DNA of 64,000 bases from an uncultured Actinomycetota bacterium. GTDB lineage: Bacteria > Actinomycetota > Actinomycetes > JAHEKZ01. The notes beneath the pieces are model-generated. The model was not told the DNA's origin, did no database searches, and worked only from the letters and a program-made list of their open reading frames with translations. Location of the stretch: positions 1,792,001 through 1,856,000 of the forward strand of contig CAWHIJ010000003.1 of assembly GCA_963829525.1 (NCBI GenBank), in the 5' to 3' direction. Below, piece after piece: positions 1 to 9,068 of this stretch (position 1 is its first letter; each line of letters opens with the position of its first letter). The position numbers were made by a program, and so were the translations under genes.

Positions 1-130
1 GCGGATCCGGTGGTCATCGTTGCCGCACGATACCCAAGTGAGCCGCGCCGCCTCCCTGCCGCCCTCGGTGCGGCGCCCTCCATGGCGGGTGCTGGTCGGC
101 GTACGCTGGCGTGGTCTGCAAGGAGGGTCG

Positions 131-973
131 ATGATCGAGCTTGAGGGGCTACCGCCGCTCAACCAGCCGGTGCTCATCGCTGCGTTTGAGGGCTGGAACG
201 ACGCAGCCGAGGCAGCAACCGGTCTGATCGACCACGTCCTGGGTGAGTTCCCCGGACAGCGGTTTGCTGACGTCGATCCCGAGGACTACTACGACTTCCA
301 GGTCAACCGTCCCGTCATCTCGGTAGGTGAGCGGGGTGTCCGGGAGATCACCTGGCCAGCCACCTCAGCGTATGCGGTAGCTGTTCCCGGAGGCCCCGAC
401 CTGGTCATCGTCCGCGGGATCGAACCGAGCATGCGCTGGCGTACGTTCATCAACGAGATCATCGGCCTGGCCTTCGAGCTCGATGTTGACCGCGTTGTGA
501 CAATAGGAAGCCTGCTGGCCGACACGCCGCATACTCGGCCAGTGCCCGTCACCTCGGTCGCCTCCGATCCAGCGCTCGCTGAGCGCCTCGGTGTCGAGCT
601 GACCCGCTACGAGGGTCCAACAGGAATCGTTGGTGCCCTTACAGAGGGATTCACCCGAGCCGGTATCGAGACGCTGTCCTTCTGGGCGGCGGTCCCGCAC
701 TACGTGGCCCAGTCACCGTGCCCCAAGGCGACCCTCGCTCTGCTACGCGCGCTCGAGGACGCACTGGACCTCACCATCCCTCCCGGCGACCTTGAGGAGG
801 AGGCTCTTGCCTGGGAGCGTGGCGTCGACGAACTGGCCCATGACGACGAGGAGGTCGCTGACTACGTGCGGTCGCTCGAAGAGGCCCGAGACACTGCAGA
901 TCTACCCGAGGCAAGCGGTGATGCCATCGCCCGCGAGTTCGAGAGATACCTCCGTCGACGCGACGACCCCTAG
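131..973 (+). CDS. PAC2 family protein (proteasome assembly chaperone-like)
   Basis: AAFEGWNDAA, DPEDYYDF, PHTRP and WAAVPHY motifs; AGGAGG RBS before ATG 131. Confidence 0.9.
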   Translation: MIELEGLPPLNQPVLIAAFEGWNDAAEAATGLIDHVLGEFPGQRFADVDPEDYYDFQVNRPVISVGERGVREITWPATSAYAVAVPGGPDLVIVRGIEPSMRWRTFINEIIGLAFELDVDRVVTIGSLLADTPHTRPVPVTSVASDPALAERLGVELTRYEGPTGIVGALTEGFTRAGIETLSFWAAVPHYVAQSPCPKATLALLRALEDALDLTIPPGDLEEEALAWERGVDELAHDDEEVADYVRSLEEARDTADLPEASGDAIAREFERYLRRRDDP

Positions 974-998
974 TCACCGTCGGTCGTCGTCACCGTCG

Positions 999-1057
999 GT
1001 CGTCGGGGTCTGGCGTCCTTGACCGATGGTCCCTGGTCCAGGCCTCGACCCCACGAC
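999..1057. terminator. Imperfect hairpin between convergent PAC2 and mshC genes
   Basis: GTCGTCGGGGTC...GACCCCACGAC arms; overlaps a 16-bp tandem duplication GTCACCGTCGGTCGTC (973-1004). Confidence 0.35.
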
Positions 1058-1058
1058 G

Positions 1059-2294
1059 TCAGTCCTCGCGCAGCCTGACGCCCAGCAACGCATTGGTCGC
1101 CTCTGCCATCTGCCGAGGTGCCTCGGCGTCGTCGCCAGCGCCAGACGCCACCTTCTCGGCCCACATGTCTACGCCCGCCAGAGCCGTGGGTGCGTCAAGA
1201 TCGTTGGCCAAAGCGGCGCGAACTGCCTCCACCACCGGGCCAGCCGACGGCCCGCGGTCGGCCGTGGCGGCAAAGGTCCAGCGATGCAGCCTGTCCTCGC
1301 CCTGCGCCAAGTCGCGGTCGTTCCAATCCCAGTCGCTTCGGTAGTGATGGGCCAGCAGGGCCAGCCTGACCGCCATGGGATCGTGCCCATCGTCACGGAG
1401 GCGCGAGACAAAGACCAGGTTGCCCTTCGACTTCGACATCTTCTGGCCACCCAGGCCCACCATTCCAGCGTGGACAAAGTGCCGGGCAAACGGTCGGTCG
1501 TCGGTCAGCAGGTGCGCCTGGGAGGTCCCCATTTCGTGGTGCGGGAAGATCAGGTCACTGCCGCCTCCCTGGACGTCGAACCCGTTTCCCAGATGGTGGA
1601 GCGCGATAGCGGTGCACTCGATGTGCCAACCGGGGCGCCCATGGCCGAAGTGGGTGTCCCAGGCAGGTTCACCTGGGCGTTCGGCCTGCCACAGCAATGG
1701 ATCGAGCGCGTCGCGCTTGCCCTCCCGCTCCGGGTCTCCGCCTCGCTCACCGAAGAGCTTGAGCATCGTCTCGCGGTCATACGAGCTGACGAAGCCGAAG
1801 TCAGCATCGTTGCCGGTGGAGAAGTAGACGTCCTTGTCGACGCGATAGGCGGCTCCGGAGGCCAGCAGCTCATCAATGCGCTCGACGACCAAGGGAATCG
1901 ACTCAACTGCGCCGATGTACTCCCGCGGCGGCAGAACGCCGAGCGCGGTCATGTCATCGCGAAAGAGCGCGGTCTCGGCTCTGGCTAGCTCGCTCCAGTC
2001 CTGCCCGGTTGCCACAGCACGCTCGAGCAGCGGGTCGTCCACGTCGGTCACGTTCTGCACATAGTGAATGTCGTGACCGTTATCCATCCAGACTCGTTGG
2101 ACGAGGTCGAAGGCGATGTAAGTGGCGGCATGACCCAGGTGCGTCGCATCGTAAGGCGTGATGCCACAGACATAGAGCCGCGCGGTCGCCTCTGGCGACG
2201 TTGCCCGGACAGACTTCGAGGCTGTGTCGTAGAGCGACAGGACGCGGCCATCGCCTGGGATGGACGGCACGGGCGGCTGCGACCAGGTTTCCAC
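1059..2294 (-). CDS. mshC: Cysteine:GlcN-Ins ligase (mycothiol biosynthesis)
   Basis: [32 protein letters not shown] and KMSKS motifs; lacks the CysRS anticodon domain. Confidence 0.96.
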   Translation of the reverse strand: METWSQPPVPSIPGDGRVLSLYDTASKSVRATSPEATARLYVCGITPYDATHLGHAATYIAFDLVQRVWMDNGHDIHYVQNVTDVDDPLLERAVATGQDWSELARAETALFRDDMTALGVLPPREYIGAVESIPLVVERIDELLASGAAYRVDKDVYFSTGNDADFGFVSSYDRETMLKLFGERGGDPEREGKRDALDPLLWQAERPGEPAWDTHFGHGRPGWHIECTAIALHHLGNGFDVQGGGSDLIFPHHEMGTSQAHLLTDDRPFARHFVHAGMVGLGGQKMSKSKGNLVFVSRLRDDGHDPMAVRLALLAHHYRSDWDWNDRDLAQGEDRLHRWTFAATADRGPSAGPVVEAVRAALANDLDAPTALAGVDMWAEKVASGAGDDAEAPRQMAEATNALLGVRLRED

Positions 2295-2319
2295 GACGCG
2301 TGAGCCTAGCGGGGCGCGT

Positions 2320-3057
2320 TCAGAAGGGTGGCCAAGGGATCGCTGGCCAGTCGGGGGAAGGCTGCGGGTGCCGGCCGTTACCGACCAGTTGACGGCCGCG
2401 TTTCAGCAGGATCTCGATCTCGTCGTCATCCAGAAGCTCACGCAGGACGCCGATGGCACCGCCATCTGATGTCATTCTCTGGAGCCAGTTCTCGATGTCT
2501 TTGACCAGGGACTCGGGGATAGGAAGGCCTCGCCACTGCCATAACACCGTGCGCAGCTTGTCGTCGACGGCGAACGAGACGCCGTGGTCGATCCCCCAGA
2601 TCGTTCCGTCAGCGGCGGGCAGCAGGTGCCCGCCCTTGCGGTCACCATTGTTGATCAAGGCGTCGAAAACCGCGATCCGTCTGAGCGCTGCATGATCACT
2701 TTGAACGAGAGCCACCAGGTCCACGCTCTCGTCGACATCCACCCACACCTGCACCATGCCGGGACCAACCGGTCCCTCGCGCCAGACAGTCGGTGGGACG
2801 ATCGCCCACCCCAACGACTCTGCAACGGCGTAGGCGGCGACCTCCCGCCGGCTCAAAGTGCCGTCCGGAAAGTCCCAGAGCGGACGTTCCCCGGCTCTCG
2901 GCTTGTATATGACCAGGGGAGCTTCGGCATCCGACGGTTTGCCAGCCTCATCGGATGCGAGCACCAAACGACATAGCAGGCTGCCGTTGGAGGCGTCGAT
3001 GAGTTGGCCCACCACATCGAGCTCGCCCCTCTTCAGCTCCTTTAGCGTGACCTTCAT
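2320..3057 (-). CDS. SCO1664 family PI3/4-kinase-like protein
   Basis: [28 protein letters not shown] and C-terminal WPAIPWPPF; ATG overlaps the upstream stop. Confidence 0.88.
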   Translation of the reverse strand: MKVTLKELKRGELDVVGQLIDASNGSLLCRLVLASDEAGKPSDAEAPLVIYKPRAGERPLWDFPDGTLSRREVAAYAVAESLGWAIVPPTVWREGPVGPGMVQVWVDVDESVDLVALVQSDHAALRRIAVFDALINNGDRKGGHLLPAADGTIWGIDHGVSFAVDDKLRTVLWQWRGLPIPESLVKDIENWLQRMTSDGGAIGVLRELLDDDEIEILLKRGRQLVGNGRHPQPSPDWPAIPWPPF

Positions 3058-3587
3058 CGCCTGCGATAGCCGTTGGCCCGCGGGCAGATGTGCCCTTCTG
3101 GGTCCAGGGGAAGGGTGCAGAACGGGCACGGCGGGCGACCAGCGGCTACGACAGACTCTGCGCGTACGACGAACGCCCGCGCCATGGCGCCGGTGATGCG
3201 TACGGTCAGCACGTCGCCGCTGAGTTCGTCGTCATCCTCCGCAGGCTCAGAGGACGCCTCGATGAGCACGCGCTCGGCGTCGGCGTCCCAGGCGATACGC
3301 AGCACAGCGACCCTGAAGTCCTCTTCGACCGGTGTCTGGAGAGGCGCGTCATCACGGTCCTCCGGCTGAGCCACCACGGGGATGGGGAGCGCGCTGCTCG
3401 CGCGCCTCGTGAGGAGATCGAGCATGGCATCCATACGCTCTGCGAGGACTCGCACCTGTTCCTTTTCGAGAGCGGCGCTCGTGGTGCGCGATCCGTCTTG
3501 CGCCTGGATGAAGAACGTGCGTTGTCCGGGAGGTCCCACTGTTCCGGTCACGAAGCGTTCGGGGTCCACATAGCTGTGCATGGTCAT
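3054..3587 (-). CDS. DUF3090 family protein
   Basis: GTVGPPGQRTFFIQA; C-terminal GRPPCPFC...GHICPRANG. Confidence 0.9.
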   Translation of the reverse strand: MTMHSYVDPERFVTGTVGPPGQRTFFIQAQDGSRTTSAALEKEQVRVLAERMDAMLDLLTRRASSALPIPVVAQPEDRDDAPLQTPVEEDFRVAVLRIAWDADAERVLIEASSEPAEDDDELSGDVLTVRITGAMARAFVVRAESVVAAGRPPCPFCTLPLDPEGHICPRANGYRRR

Positions 3588-4297
3588 GGCTTCCTCCTGC
3601 CCCGCGGGCTCGGGCCGGCGCCACCGCCCACTGCCGCATCCTCGCTCTTGCGTGTCCTGCGTCGTCGTTTGGGCGGATGCAGTGCTGAGACATCTCCGCC
3701 CGAGTCGTTCATGCGCTCGACGAATGGTCGAGTGTCGCCGTAGCGCACGACACTCAACGATGCCGGGTCTACAACAATGCGCTGGAAGAGGTCCAGGTGT
3801 AGCCCGAGGGCATCGGCAAGCACCGCCTTGATCACGTCACCGTGCGATACCACCGCGTAGACCGCTTCAGGTCCAAGCTCGGCATTCCATCGCCGTACTG
3901 CCGCCACAGCCCTGCACTGCATCGCCGCGAGCCCCTCGCCCTCACTGCCGGGGAATCGCGCGTTGCTTGGATGCTGCTGCACGACCTTCCAGAGCGGGTC
4001 CTTGGCGAGGACCTTCAGTGACTTTCCTGTCCAGTCGCCGTAGCGCACTTCGGCGATGTCTTCGTCGAGGTGCACGGGAACCTCGCGGTCACCGAGCAGG
4101 ACGGTGGTGGTCTGCCGACAGCGCTCAAGAGGGCTCGTGACCACTGCCGTCAGCGGGACGTCCGCGACTCGAGCTCCAAGAGCAGCCACCTGCTCTTGAC
4201 CAACGTCGTCAAGCACGACGCCAGGCGTCCAACCGGCCAGGGTGCCTGAAGAGTTCGCCGTCGTTCGACCATGACGGATGAGGAGGGCTGTTGGCAC
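3584..4297 (-). CDS. MSMEG_4193-family histidine phosphatase / putative phosphomutase
   Basis: LIRHG, SPLERC and VSHGDVIK motifs; conserved position beside DUF3090. Confidence 0.88.
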   Translation of the reverse strand: MPTALLIRHGRTTANSSGTLAGWTPGVVLDDVGQEQVAALGARVADVPLTAVVTSPLERCRQTTTVLLGDREVPVHLDEDIAEVRYGDWTGKSLKVLAKDPLWKVVQQHPSNARFPGSEGEGLAAMQCRAVAAVRRWNAELGPEAVYAVVSHGDVIKAVLADALGLHLDLFQRIVVDPASLSVVRYGDTRPFVERMNDSGGDVSALHPPKRRRRTRKSEDAAVGGGAGPSPRGRRKP

Positions 4298-4343
4298 AGC
4301 CCCACCCTAAGTGGGCGCTGACGGTGACACGAATCAGGCTGAG

Positions 4344-5174
4344 TTAGACAGAGACAGTGGCGTCCAGAACACCGACCGACAGAAGAATCAGTACCAGTAT
4401 GCCGAGCGCCACCCGGTAGATGACGAAGGGCAGGAAGGACCTCGTCCGCAGGTACCGGAGCAACCAGGCGATGACTGCATAGCCGACGAAGAACGCGACG
4501 ACTGTTGCCACGATCGTCTTGGCCATCCCTGGCTCGGCGCTGGCACTGACGTCGGGCAGCTGGAAGATCGCGGACGCAACGACGGCCGGGATGGCGAGCA
4601 GGAACGCGTAGCGCGTGGCCGCCTCGCGGCGGTACCCGAGCCCGAGGCCCATGCTGATCGTGGCACCGGACCGGGAGACGCCTGGAACCAGAGCAAGCAT
4701 CTGCGCGGCTCCATAGAGGAGCGCATCCCGGAGGTTGAGCCGGTCGAGAGGGCGCGCATTAGCCCCCAGACGGTCCGCGATGCCCAGGATCAGGCCAAAG
4801 ACGATCAGGTTGGCCCCGATGACCCAGAGGTTGCGAAAAGTTGTCTGGATCGTGTTCTCGAGCACGACTCCGGCGATGGCGATCGGCAACGTACCGATGA
4901 TGATGTACCAGCCCATCCGGGCGTCGATGTGGCCCCGAAGCGACGGGCGCCACAAGGAACGGGTCCAGGTGCTGGCAATCCGCCAGATGTCCTTGGCGAA
5001 GTAAAGGATGACAGCCAGTTCGGTGCCGATCTGGGTCACCGCGGTGAAAGAGGCACCGGGATCAGGTCGTCCGAAGAGTTGCGGAAAGATCGCCAGGTGG
5101 GCGCTGCTGGAGATCGGCAAGAACTCCGTGAGTCCCTGAAGAGCTCCCAGCAGGATCGCCTCAAGCCAGCTCAC
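4344..5174 (-). CDS. uppP: Undecaprenyl-diphosphate phosphatase
   Basis: QGLTEFLPISSSAH and PGVSRSG motifs; start placed at GTG 5174 (uncertain). Confidence 0.93.
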   Translation of the reverse strand: MSWLEAILLGALQGLTEFLPISSSAHLAIFPQLFGRPDPGASFTAVTQIGTELAVILYFAKDIWRIASTWTRSLWRPSLRGHIDARMGWYIIIGTLPIAIAGVVLENTIQTTFRNLWVIGANLIVFGLILGIADRLGANARPLDRLNLRDALLYGAAQMLALVPGVSRSGATISMGLGLGYRREAATRYAFLLAIPAVVASAIFQLPDVSASAEPGMAKTIVATVVAFFVGYAVIAWLLRYLRTRSFLPFVIYRVALGILVLILLSVGVLDATVSV

Positions 5175-5252
5175 CTGGGCCCACACAGGGCTTTGTTGGG
5201 GATCCGCATGGCGTCGGACTCTACCCACCCGTGATCGCTAGGCTCACGCGGC

Positions 5253-6257
5253 ATGGAGCAACGACATCTGGGCACCGCGGGACTGAGTGTCTCCCGGCTC
5301 GGCTTGGGGACGATGACCTGGGGTCGTGACACCGACGAGCACGAGGCTCGGGACCAGCTGAGCCACTTCTGTGAGGCGGGTGGAACACTCGTCGACACCG
5401 CAGACGTCTACGTCGATGGAGCGGCCGAGCGCATTCTCGGGACGCTCATCAACGATGTGGTGCCTCGGCGGGACGTCATCATTGCCACCAAGGCGGCAAG
5501 CCGGCCCGGCACCGACCGCAGATTCGACGCCTCCCGCGGCTATCTCCTCTCGTCGCTCGACGCCTCTTTGCGGCGGCTGGGCACTGACTACGTCGACCTC
5601 TGGCAGTTCCACGCATGGGACCCCAACACGCCGATCGACGAGACGTTGTCGGCGGCAGACGAGGCCGTGCGCTGCGGCAAGGCTCGCTACGTCGGCATCT
5701 CGAACTACTGCGGCTGGCAGACCGCCTGGGCCTGTTCGTGGCAGCAGGCCTTCCCTGGCCGGGCCCCTCTGGTAGCCAGCCAGATGGAGTACTCACTGCT
5801 GCAGCGGGGCATCGAGCGGGAGGTTCTGCCGGCGTTGACGCACGCCGGGGCTGGGGTCCTGGCTTGGTCGCCGTTGGGCAGAGGCGTCCTCACCGGCAAG
5901 TATCGAGCCGGAACGCCGTCCGACTCACGAGCAGCATCGGAGCATTTCAGCGACTTCGTGCGTCCCTTCATGGACGACCGCAGCAGACACATCGTCGATG
6001 CGGTGTCGACGGCGGCGAGCGGTCTGGGGGTTGCTCCGCTTGAGGTTGCCTTGGCATGGGTCCGGGACCGACCTGGGGTGGCGGCGGCGATCGTCGGGGC
6101 GCGAACGGCTGCACAGCTTCTTGGTTCACTCGGAGCTGAGGGTCTGGAGCTTCCCGATGAGATCGTGGCTGCGCTCGACGAAGTGTCAACGCCAGCTCGC
6201 AGCTACCCCGAGCACGGCTGGAACCAAAAGGTGGTTACCTCGTCGGAGGACTTATGA
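5253..6257 (+). CDS. Aldo/keto reductase
   Basis: LGLGTMTWG, DTADVY, SLRRLGTDYVDL and WSPLGRG motifs. Confidence 0.93.
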   Translation: MEQRHLGTAGLSVSRLGLGTMTWGRDTDEHEARDQLSHFCEAGGTLVDTADVYVDGAAERILGTLINDVVPRRDVIIATKAASRPGTDRRFDASRGYLLSSLDASLRRLGTDYVDLWQFHAWDPNTPIDETLSAADEAVRCGKARYVGISNYCGWQTAWACSWQQAFPGRAPLVASQMEYSLLQRGIEREVLPALTHAGAGVLAWSPLGRGVLTGKYRAGTPSDSRAASEHFSDFVRPFMDDRSRHIVDAVSTAASGLGVAPLEVALAWVRDRPGVAAAIVGARTAAQLLGSLGAEGLELPDEIVAALDEVSTPARSYPEHGWNQKVVTSSEDL

Positions 6258-6475
6258 GCTCTCGTGGCGTGGAGTTTGAGACATGGCGGCTCGACTTCCC
6301 GCGGACAACCAGCCGTGCCGAGATTCGTCAGGTGCTCACCGAGCACGCTGAATACGGTCGCTGGGAGCTGTGGCGGGTTCGCCGCTATGTCGACGGTCGG
6401 TGCATGGTGTGGTTGCGCAGACGTCGGCATCGGATCGCAAAGGCGACTGTTGAGAGGTGGCCTCAGGGGCGCTGA
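6254..6475 (+). CDS. DUF5703 family small protein
   Basis: LTEHAEYGRWEL.RVRRY.DG...VWLRRR; ATGA overlap with the upstream gene. Confidence 0.8.
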   Translation: MSSRGVEFETWRLDFPRTTSRAEIRQVLTEHAEYGRWELWRVRRYVDGRCMVWLRRRRHRIAKATVERWPQGR

Positions 6476-6481
6476 GCGGCT

Positions 6482-7816
6482 TCAGGCCAGGTCAAGAAAG
6501 CGATCGAGCACTCGGGCACCGAACTCCAGCGCATCGACCGGTACCCGTTCATCGACTCCGTGGAATAGGTCAGCGAAGGCGAGCGAGGGAGGAAGCCGCA
6601 ACGGAGCGAAGCCGTAGCCAGGGATCCCCAGCATCGCGAACGCTTTGGCGTCAGTTCCGCCGCTCAGGGTGTAAGGAACAGCCCGAGCCTGGGGATCGTG
6701 TTCGAGGAGGGACTTGACCATGGCGTCGACGACTGGCCCCTCGAAGGGTGCCTCAAGAGCGATGTCATCGACCAGTGTGCTGCGGGTGATGTCAGGGCCA
6801 AGGAGGCCATCGATCGTTGCGAGGAACTCTTCGCGCCGACCTGGCAGAAATCGCCCATCGACGACCGCGGTGGCCGACCCAGGGATCACGTTCGTCTTGT
6901 AGCCGGCCTCCAGCATCGTCGGTGCCGCGCTGTGCCGCAAGGTGGCCCCGATCATTGGCGCGATGGGTCCGAGCTGATCCACGACTGCTTCGGGAGGGGT
7001 GCCGTCGGGAAGACCGAGTGCGGATCGAACCTCGACAAGGAAGTTCTCAACGGTTGCAGTCATCGTCACGGGGAACTCGTGCGAGCCGATCCTCGCCACG
7101 GTCTCGGCGAGCCTCGTGACGGCGTTCTCACGGTTGACCATCGAGCCATGACCAGCTCGACCCTCAGCGGTGAGCTGCATCCACGAAATGCCCTTCTCCG
7201 CCGCCTCGATCAGATAGAGGCGCAGGTTGTCATCGACGGTGAAGCTGAAGCCGCCCACTTCTCCGATGGCCACACCGACTCCCTCGAAGAGATCAGGGCG
7301 GTGTTCAACGAGCCAGTGCGAGCCGAACAGCCCACCGGCCTCCTCATCTGCGAGAAAGGAGAGCACCAGCGGACGGCGTGGTCGGCGACCGGAGCGCAGC
7401 CGGTCTCGTACGACCGACAGGATCATTGCGTCCATGTCCTTCATGTCGACGGCACCGCGTCCCCACACCATCGGAACGCCGTTGTCCTCGTGGATCTCGG
7501 CGGCGAACGGTGGGTGCGTCCAGTCGTCAGCGTTGGCGGGGACGACGTCTAAGTGTCCATGCAGGAGGAGAGCCGACTCGTTCGAGTCGGCTCCGTCAAC
7601 GCGAGCGAACACGCTCGTGCGACCGGGGGCTGACTCCACAAGCTCGGGATCGAGGCCGACCTCCGCGAGAAGGCCAGCGACGTACTCGGCCGCCTCATGT
7701 TCCTGCGAGCGCGGGTCGTCGCCGTAGTTGCTGGTGTCGAACTGGATGAGCCGCTGGCACAACTCGACGACTTCGCGGGCCGGGTCACTCTCGGTCGATG
7801 TCTCTACGTCGGTCAC
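6482..7816 (-). CDS. M20/M25/M40 family metallo-hydrolase
   Basis: HGHLDVVPA, GRGAVDMK, ADEEAGG and FHGVDE motifs; start GTG 7816 inferred. Confidence 0.92.
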   Translation of the reverse strand: MTDVETSTESDPAREVVELCQRLIQFDTSNYGDDPRSQEHEAAEYVAGLLAEVGLDPELVESAPGRTSVFARVDGADSNESALLLHGHLDVVPANADDWTHPPFAAEIHEDNGVPMVWGRGAVDMKDMDAMILSVVRDRLRSGRRPRRPLVLSFLADEEAGGLFGSHWLVEHRPDLFEGVGVAIGEVGGFSFTVDDNLRLYLIEAAEKGISWMQLTAEGRAGHGSMVNRENAVTRLAETVARIGSHEFPVTMTATVENFLVEVRSALGLPDGTPPEAVVDQLGPIAPMIGATLRHSAAPTMLEAGYKTNVIPGSATAVVDGRFLPGRREEFLATIDGLLGPDITRSTLVDDIALEAPFEGPVVDAMVKSLLEHDPQARAVPYTLSGGTDAKAFAMLGIPGYGFAPLRLPPSLAFADLFHGVDERVPVDALEFGARVLDRFLDLA

Positions 7817-7897
7817 TCCCCTATCGTGCACCTTCCTCATGGCGTGCGGCCCGATTTCAGCGCTCCAGGTGCCGTTGATAGTGTTGCGGCTCACCTC

Positions 7898-7982
7898 GTC
7901 CGAGTGGCGGAATCTGGTAGACGCGCTAGCTTGAGGTGCTAGTGCCCGAAAGGGCTTGGGGGTTCAAGTCCCCCCTCGGACA
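7898..7982 (+). tRNA. tRNA-Leu(GAG)
   Basis: Acceptor stem GTCCGAG/CTCGGAC, anticodon arm CTAGC-TTGAGGT-GCTAG, long variable arm, GGTTCAAGTCC T-loop; CCA not encoded. Confidence 0.96.
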
Positions 7983-8118
7983 CGACCGCTGACCCAAAGC
8001 AGGGCCTCCTGAGTCCTGACGTCCGATGAGTGGGCATCGTGCCCCCGCGCGCCAACTGCGGAGGTAGATCCGCGAACTAGCGACTCCAGGTCCGTCCCGA
8101 GCCGACGATCACGTTCGC

Positions 8119-8484
8119 TCAACCGAAAGCGTCGAACAGTCCGCTGACGAGCGTCACCAAGGTCACGAAGGCGAACACCAGGGCGTTGACGATGATGGCC
8201 GCGAGTGCCGTGGCCTCAGCGTGACGGCGGGCGCTCCAGCCCAGAAGCATCCCGGTGACTGGCAGGGCGGCTACGACCATCCAGAGAATGACGACGCGCC
8301 AGGCGGCATCCCATCCGGTCAACGGGTCCGCGATGGACGGGTCCAGTCCGAGCGCGTACCCAAGGACGAAGCCGACGGTGAGCGCCACCGGCGTCGCCGC
8401 CACTGCTACCCACGCCAGCACGATCCGCCACGGTGTGTGGCTGTCGGAGGTGGTCGGGCCTCGCGGCATCGTGTAGGTGCTCAT
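8119..8484 (-). CDS. Hypothetical membrane protein (about 3 TM)
   Basis: AAGGAGGAG RBS; three hydrophobic segments. Confidence 0.75.
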   Translation of the reverse strand: MSTYTMPRGPTTSDSHTPWRIVLAWVAVAATPVALTVGFVLGYALGLDPSIADPLTGWDAAWRVVILWMVVAALPVTGMLLGWSARRHAEATALAAIIVNALVFAFVTLVTLVSGLFDAFG

Positions 8485-8631
8485 GACTCCTCCTTCCCAA
8501 CTTCCCCCTGTACCTCAATCATGGGCCAGACATGTCGTGCCGCCCAGGGCCACATGACCCGGAAGCTCGACTGCTCAGGGACCACCGTGGCTACTCGCTC
8601 CACACGGTGCGGACCAAGCCCGGGAACGACA

Positions 8632-8666
8632 GACATCCGCCCTCACGAGGTGTGAGAGCGGATGTC
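8632..8666 (-). terminator. Hairpin terminator downstream of the peptide pair
   Basis: Minus strand GACATCCGCTCTCAC-ACCTC-GTGAGGGCGGATGTC: 15-bp stem, fully paired (one G-U) only on the minus strand. Confidence 0.7.
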
Positions 8667-8697
8667 GCCTGTTGCTTGAGAGCGTGAAACCGTCTCG

Positions 8698-8802
8698 CTA
8701 GTTCGCCCACTTCTTGCCGGCGCCGACAACCGAGGCCAGTGCGAGCACCGTTGTGGCGCTCCCGAGCACGGAAACAATCACGCGGGACTTCAGTTCATTC
8801 AT
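8698..8802 (-). CDS. 34-aa hydrophobic peptide B (MNELKSRVIVSVLGSATTVLALASVVGAGKKWAN)
   Basis: Translated by hand; AAGGGG RBS 7 nt before ATG; paralogous to peptide A. Confidence 0.8.
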   Translation of the reverse strand: MNELKSRVIVSVLGSATTVLALASVVGAGKKWAN

Positions 8803-8815
8803 AGCGAAGCCCCTT

Positions 8816-8920
8816 TCAGTTCATCCACTTGGTTCCGGCACCGACGATCGACACCAGGACCGAGACCACGGTGACCGCAGATGCCGATTGCAGCACGGTC
8901 TTGAGTTTCCCTGAGTTCAT
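8816..8920 (-). CDS. 34-aa hydrophobic peptide A (MNSGKLKTVLQSASAVTVVSVLVSIVGAGTKWMN)
   Basis: Translated by hand; AAGAAGGGG RBS; same length and C-terminal motif as peptide B. Confidence 0.8.
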   Translation of the reverse strand: MNSGKLKTVLQSASAVTVVSVLVSIVGAGTKWMN

Positions 8921-9068
8921 GTCCACCCCTTCTTTGGCGTTCCATGGCTGCGACGTCAAGTCGCGACTTCGTTTGCCGTTTCAGGATGGAGCAAGATTCG
9001 GCCAACGCAGCGAGCCGAATGGGTGACAGAGCGTTGTTGGGCGTGGCATTCAGGGCCCCCCAAGATGA

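Noticed and set aside
7983-8118. Integrase/att site, or a third peptide gene (GCGAACTAGCGA at 8072-8083 matches the end of peptide B in inverted orientation)
   Set aside because: The frame upstream is short, lacks the hydrophobic core and GAGxKW motif, and no integrase follows; likely a chance 12-bp match
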